From the human T2T-CHM13v2.0 reference genome, Homo sapiens: a DNA stretch of 64,000 nt. Below the pieces are notes generated by a model. It saw only the letters and a list, made by a program, of their open reading frames with translations. It made no database searches and was not told the DNA's origin. The stretch lies in assembly GCF_009914755.1 (NCBI RefSeq), contig NC_060932.1. One strand, written 5' to 3'. The position numbers and the translations under genes were made by a program. Below, piece by piece: positions 57,224 to 64,000 of this stretch (position 1 is the stretch's first letter; each line of letters opens with the position of its first letter).

Positions 57224-59344
57224 TTACTATTTGCTAGGGAGAGCATGTGTCAAGGACTTCCATTCATTTCTTCCACCATTGTAGCCTTTACTCCATCTCT
57301 AAGGGAGAGCTAAAATGAGGACTGGACTGATTATTGAGATGACACGTGCCGTCAGTGGGGGTTCAGGGTTCAGGATTCAGGATTCCACTGAATCTCCTGG
57401 GAGAGGACTTTGGTTGAAACTCTATTTCTTACCTCACTCCCGAAAAGCTCCCTCTTTGATGGGAGGACCACAGTGGTGTTCTGGGTCTCCAGGAGGTGGT
57501 GCTTGCTAAGAGCATCAGCAATCTATCCTGTAGAAAATGGGAACCATGATGCTATAAAAAGCATTAGCCTTCACCTGATCCATGCATCTCTCAATGCTTT
57601 GGTGAAGGGAGTGTTTTCTTGGGACCCTCTTTGGAGATGCAGTAAGGTTTGAGGGAATGTGTTTCACTTACTTGCTCATGATAAATCTGCTCCCATCCTT
57701 TCTCGCTCTCCAACCCCCACGTCTTTGGAATCTTTCAACTATATTTTATCAACTAATGCCTGGCATCTCAATCTCATTCAGCAGGGACTATCATTGAGTA
57801 CAGGTTTCTGCTGACTAAACAAGTAAACAACCGAATTTGTTCCCAACTGTCTGGGCTAGCTCAAAGAATCCAGACTCTCTGGAAAATATACCTATACCTG
57901 TGAAATTCAGTTCAATCTACAGGTGTATACTTCCCACTTTGATGTGGCTCTTCACAGTACATCTTCATATGTGTTTGCCAGATTTGTGTTAAACTAAATT
58001 ACTTCTTTGGTGTACAATTTTTTGGGGGCTAAGATTTGGTATTCTACTTGGCCTTCCAGAACATTCTGGGACCTGACTCTACTTAAAAAGCTAATTAGAT
58101 GTCTAAGAAAGTTGTAGATGTGGGTCGTAAGGATAATTTTTGCCCAGATGAAGTAGTTGGGGAGGTTCTTCCAGAAGATAGCAATAGCTTTGTTGCAAAA
58201 GAGAGGATGGACTTTCCTTGTCTGCATGGAGAACTCAGGGGGAGCCAGGGGATCTTCGCACTCTGAGTCCACTGGATCCCTGCAAGTCCCCATTTCAATC
58301 GCAGGCTTTTACTCATTCCTAATCAATGTGCTACATTTTGCATAAGAGACCTAGGAAAGCTGTGAATCCATAAGCATACAGTATCCAACTTGGAGTTTAG
58401 TTTTTGACCTCCTCATATCCATGGCTGCAAGAAATAAGAGTTTCCTATAAAAATTCCAAGTTTAAAGATGATGCTTTGAGTCAAGAATTTAGATACTTGA
58501 GCTTTTTTTTTTTTAAGTTGACCCCCTCTGTAGAGACAACCACCCCACCCTTAGATCTTTAATTCCTCATAACCTTCATAGCACTGTTGGCAGGGACCCA
58601 TGTCCCCGCTGAAGCCTGCTGTGAGGGAACGGGAATTTTTTGAAGGATGACAGGTCATGATGAACCGTTTTGCCACCAAGCCATAAGACCTGACAGAGTC
58701 ACATCCAGCATTTTTTTCCTGCTGTCTGCCCCAACTAGGCATGATAACAAAACCCAGATTCTCCTCATTACCATAAGGTCTGTTTCTGATAACCACTCCT
58801 GGTTCCAATTTCCCCATCTGTGGGCATTTTTAGTTGTAAGCAGCAGAAACTTACTGTGGTCCATTTAAACAGAAAAGAAACTCATTAAACAAGGTACCAC
58901 ACATCTCAGAGAATTTCTAGAAGGGTGAGAGAACAAGGAATAATTCCCCCAAATCAGATCACAGAACGTATCCAGTGAAGATTATGGCTCTTGTCTCCCA
59001 CATCTGACACCTTGTTCATGAGACACAAGAACCAGCACTATGGGATCTGTTATCCTGGGATCTTGACTTGCTACAACCATTACTGCACCAGGGAGAACTT
59101 CTTATGGTGCCACCCCCTTGTGCCACACTCTGACTCCTAGGGCAGGGCACGAGAATTTCGTGGTGGAGCTGAGTCATGGCTTTGCCCTAGCAATCAGGGA
59201 GGCCAAGGAAACCTGGCACTTTCAGCTCTGATAATGGGAACTGGGCTCTGCTTTTCAAAAAACTTGTGAGGTGGGAATTCCCTAAAACTAGGAAGGGGAT
59301 TGTCCAAAACTTTGATTCATATATACTACACCATGTCACGGGAT

Positions 59345-60560
59345 ACATCAACAATTCAAAAAATTCTCATTGAGTAGCTATTGCCTTGGGAATAGATAGA
59401 TGAATAAAATAAAGTCCCTAAGATTATACAGCTTAGAGTCTTGTGTGAGAAACTCATCTAAATAAGTATGAGGCCCTGAGAGCGCAGAGGAGAAGATCAT
59501 TCATTTCAACTTGGATAACTGAGGAAGACTTAGTAGAAGGAATGATATTTGCATTGGGTCTTGAAGGCTAAATAAGGGCCTATTAAAGAAAAAGTGACGA
59601 GTAGAATGAGGGACACGTAAAGAGAGAATTCTAGAGTGTAAGTATTTATTAAACTTGATGGCATAGTCAGGGAATATCAAATAGTCCGAAGTTAATAGGA
59701 CAACCTAGCTAAAAAGGGACGTAGAGAATAGATTTCAAGATCTTGAAAACTAGGCTGGATATCTATCTTCTAAGGGGAACCAGTAAAGACATTTAAGCAA
59801 GCAAGAAAAAAATACAAAACTTCTGTTTTAGAAAGAGAACTTTGGAAGATGGTTTTAAGTGGGAGGAGGCCATAATCAGGAGGAAAGTTAAGTGAGTTAT
59901 TGCCAATGGCGAGAGATTACAAGGGTCAGAAGAAACATGAAGGTCACGACGATGGATAGGATTGGCCCGAGAATATTCTGGAAGCACAATTTATTAATAT
60001 TGGCGATAAAATGAATATGAAGTACAAAGGAAAGGGAAGAATTAAAGATAACCCTAATGTTTCTGGCTTGAATGTCTGAGCTGGAAAGCCATTGACTGAG
60101 GTTGAAATACAGGAGGAAGTGACAGGTGCAGGAAGAAAACATACTGTTTGGTTATGGACTTTCGGAGTTTGGGGCATTTGAGGCATTCCTGCTGTCTGCC
60201 CCAACTAGGCATGATAACCAAACCCAGATTCTCCTCATTACCATAAGGTCTGTTTTGAAAGGTATTTGGGTTGGAAAGTTGGATCTACAGACCAAGAGAG
60301 TGGGTCTAGCCTGGATATGCAGATTTGGGATTCATAGGCACAGGAGGGGTGGTTGCTGGCCTGAGAGCCAACCAGGTTGGCTAGGGATAGTGGACAGAAC
60401 TGTGGACTCCTAGGACCAGCAACACTAAATTTTTAAATAGGAAAGGACTGGAGAAGTGGGTGGAGAGGTAGAGGAAAAGCAGGAGAGAACACATCTTTAT
60501 AAATAAAAGAGAGGAGAGGGAAGGAAAAGGAGTTACGAGAACCGGGGGTTACAATGGGGC
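59345..60560. mobile_element. L2 fragment, interrupted at 60186-60255
   Basis: gaattaaagataaccctaatgtttctggcttgaat...ccattgactgag...ggacttt...agtttgggg...gttggatctac is degenerate L2. Confidence 0.6.
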
Positions 60561-61243
60561 ACTCAGCTCCTTTTTTGAGCATGTCAGTGGAATACTAGCA
60601 GCAGGACCCAAACATCAGTGAGTCTTGGAAGGGAAGCAAAGAAGGGGAGCTGAGGGGGAGCACGGTTTCATGACTAAGAGCTGAGCAGGAGCCAGACTCC
60701 TGATATCTGACTCCAGACCCGCACACTCCTCTGGGACTCCCCAAACACGTTGCTGGCACACAGTCCCTGCTGGCCAGTGTTTGCACATGAAAAAAGGGGT
60801 CCTGCCAAGAACCAGGTTTGGACTCTAAGTTAAAGAAAGTTGAACATGCTTTTTTACTGCCAGATGCCTCAGGGAATGTAAGACTGTTTAATGTGCATTG
60901 AGAATCTCTACAAGCTGGAGATGACACAAACTCTTAGAATTTGCGTGTTCCTTGGTCGTGAGTTCTCATTTCTTGAAATGGGTGTTTCAAAAGACACCTA
61001 TGGAGAACTATCATCCTGTTTTATCCACTGTACCCAGTTGCTTCCATAAAAGGGTTATGTCAGAATGCAGTGTAGACTCAGGGGCCTGAGAAGGCGTGGG
61101 AACTACTCCCACTGCTGAAAGCCTCAGAGACTTTCAGCATCAGCAAACTGGCTGAATTGCAACCATTCAGAAATGCCTCTCCTTTTTTCATATTTCAATA
61201 TTTCTGAAATCAAGGTGGGCCTTATAATTGATAAATATATTTA

Positions 61244-61732
<489 letters not shown>

Positions 61733-61739
61733 TCAGATA

Positions 61740-62430
61740 TTCATATTGCTGCAGGCAATTTTAGTACTGAGGGATGATAAAATTAGTGAGAGAAAGTTTG
61801 AAAAGAAACAGGACATTTACATAGCCTCAAATTATCTCATTTGCTCCCTGCTTCCTTTTTTATTACAAAGGGAAAAGTAATAATGTTACTATGGAGAAAC
61901 CTGGCAGACTCCACCCTGACCAAGGGACCAAGGTTAACATCAACAGTCATAAGACATATTGGCATCAGGTACCTCAAAATATGATACACTGAGAAGACCA
62001 CATCCCCTCTGTAATATCTCCCCAATAATGCATTACCTCTGTCGAGTCATGAGAAAACATCAGGCACAGACAAACTGAGGAGCATTTTACACAATACCTG
62101 AGTAGCATTTTTCAAAAGACAAGGAAAGACTGAGCTGAGTGACTGTCACAGATGGGCAAGGAGCAGGAGACATGACACCTACATGCAAGGTGGGACATTG
62201 GAGTCGGTCCTGGAACAGAAAAAGGACCTTAGTGAAAAAACTGGTGAAATCCAAATAAAAGTCTGCAATTTGACTAACAGAATCATACGAGTTTCTTCAT
62301 TTTATAATTATATTATGGTTACTTAAGGGTTAACAAAGGGGAAGCTGTATGAGGAGTATACAGAAACACTTTGTACTATTTTGGCAACTCATCTTTGCAT
62401 CTAAAATTATCTCAAAATAGAAAGTTAAAA
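61740..62430 (+). mobile_element. L1MC/ME-type 3' end
   Basis: tttattacaaagggaaaag...ggagaaacctggcagac...ctttgtactattttggcaact...aaattatctcaaaatag. Confidence 0.75.
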
Positions 62431-63496
62431 CCAGAAAAGAGAGATTTAGCCTCTTCCCCATGTGATGCCCTGCACAGCCTTGGGACTCTTCAGAGAGTCC
62501 CCACAGCAAGAAGGCTCTCACCAGACGCATCCCCTTGACCTTGGACTGTCCTGCCTCCAGAACTGTACCCTGAAAGCCACTTTCTTTCCCTTCATGGGAC
62601 AGAAACAAAGACACGGGGAAGTTGTAGGCCACAGCGACCAAAAGGAATGTTGAGGTGAAGCTGCAGAGTGAAGCTTCTGCTTCCTCAACTCAGTTGAGCA
62701 GCATAAGGTGGTGGGAGCAGCAGGGACTAGGCAACACTCAGCTCACCCGGGAGACTCGCTAGGCTTAGGAGGGGCAGAATATGGTGTTTGCCTCGTCACT
62801 GAAACCAGAAGTTGTTGCCTAAATATACTACCAAAAACTCTCTCTGAAGTCTCTGTTTAAGAGCCATGGAAGATGGGAAAATTAATATATTTCTTTTCAA
62901 ATCCAACTCAAAAGGCACAAAGAGCTGTTTATGCTCATCACCCGTGTGACAGCCAACTTTCCTTTTTTCACCAACCCACACAGGGGCCTCCGAAAAGTAA
63001 TATTACTACTGAAAAGTAATATTTCACAGTAAAATTTCATTAAAAGTAATATTTCACAGTAATATTTCATTAAACAAAACAACAAGAAACACACAAACAA
63101 AGGATATTGTGCCCTGTAAGCAATGGCACATTTGAATGGAGGGAAAATGCTATGTTCTGTCCTCTCCAGCTGCCTCTTTTCTGAGCTGGTATATCAGGGA
63201 TACTGGTTGTGGCCCTGGCACTACCTGTACGTGACTGGCGGAGGTAGGAGAGAAATGAGGGGGAGGTGAGGGAGACAGAGAGTGGGCAACACGGGCGGGA
63301 TGGGGGATGGTATTTGTAAACAGGCCTTTGGGATGCCTTAAATTCTGCCAAAAATTTGAGTATTTGCTTATGGGACTGGCTTTAGAGATCATGATTTATC
63401 AAACTAGGATTAGAATGAAGAATATCCCCCGGGAAGGAAGCCAGTCTTGTGCCCCTGAGCCAGTCTCTTATTTAGAAACGGGTTTCCTCCTCATCA

Positions 63497-63670
63497 CAGT
63501 GCTCTCCAGGAGTAATTTCTGTGATGACAGAAATTTTTGGGTCTGTGCTCTTCTGTACAGTTGTCACTAGCCACATGCGCCATGGATCACCTGAAATGCA
63601 GCCAGCTTAATGGCAGGACAAGTTTAAATGTAAATAGTCACGTGACCACTGGCTGCCTATTGGACACAGC
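63497..63670. mobile_element. MER3-like hAT-Charlie MITE
   Basis: cagtgctctcca...ttctgtgatgacagaaat...cactagccacatg...gcctattggacacagc. Confidence 0.65.
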
Positions 63671-63829
63671 TCGAGGGACTAGCTTAACCATATTTTTTAA
63701 AATCATTATATGGATCAATATAAGCAAAGAGAAATAATTTCAAAGATGAGAATATATGTAATCAACCACCCAAACCCCAAAGATATGTGGAAATAAGAAG
63801 TAGCCAAATGAATAGTTTTACAGTTGTAC

Positions 63830-64000
63830 CCAGAATCATGGAATTTCATGGCTGGAAAAAACTTTAGAGCTCATCTGTTTCAACCCACCTCATTTACTGC
63901 TGAGAAAGTAGGAGACCAGGGGAATATGTGATTTTTCCAGGGTCAAGGGCGAGATAGGGGCAGAAGCAGAACTAGAGCTAGGTCTCCCCAGCCCCATTCC
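63830..64000 (-). mobile_element. MIR fragment
   Basis: ggaaaaaactttagagctcatctgtttcaacccacctcattt...agaactagagctaggtctcc. Confidence 0.6.

Overview
Human (primate) genomic DNA from the CHD7 locus (8q12, CHARGE syndrome gene), + strand. The window holds the 3' half of CHD7. There are 23 coding exons, equal to exons 16-38 of the reference transcript by my recall of NM_017780 numbering; each GT-AG junction and reading-frame phase was checked against the sequence. They encode the helicase C-lobe, the SANT/SLIDE-like region, two BRK domains and the acidic C-terminus, with the stop at 33703-33705. A ~2.1 kb 3'UTR with tandem poly(A) signals follows, then ~28 kb of intergenic DNA rich in Alu, L1, L2, MIR and MaLR repeats, a young 5'-truncated L1PA insertion and a decayed ERV-L provirus. 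I found no convincing new protein-coding gene or new multi-gene system. The most notable signals are: an AG-exclusion-zone acceptor at intron 25; a NAGNAG acceptor at exon 32; five phase-0 symmetric exons over the BRK region with inverted Alus able to circularise them into a stop-free ORF; a YCAY (NOVA-type) cluster after exon 37; a tight miRNA-seed cluster in the 3'UTR; a 70-bp locally templated insertion; and a short 3' transduction on the L1. Repeat boundaries and subfamily names were assigned by eye and are approximate.
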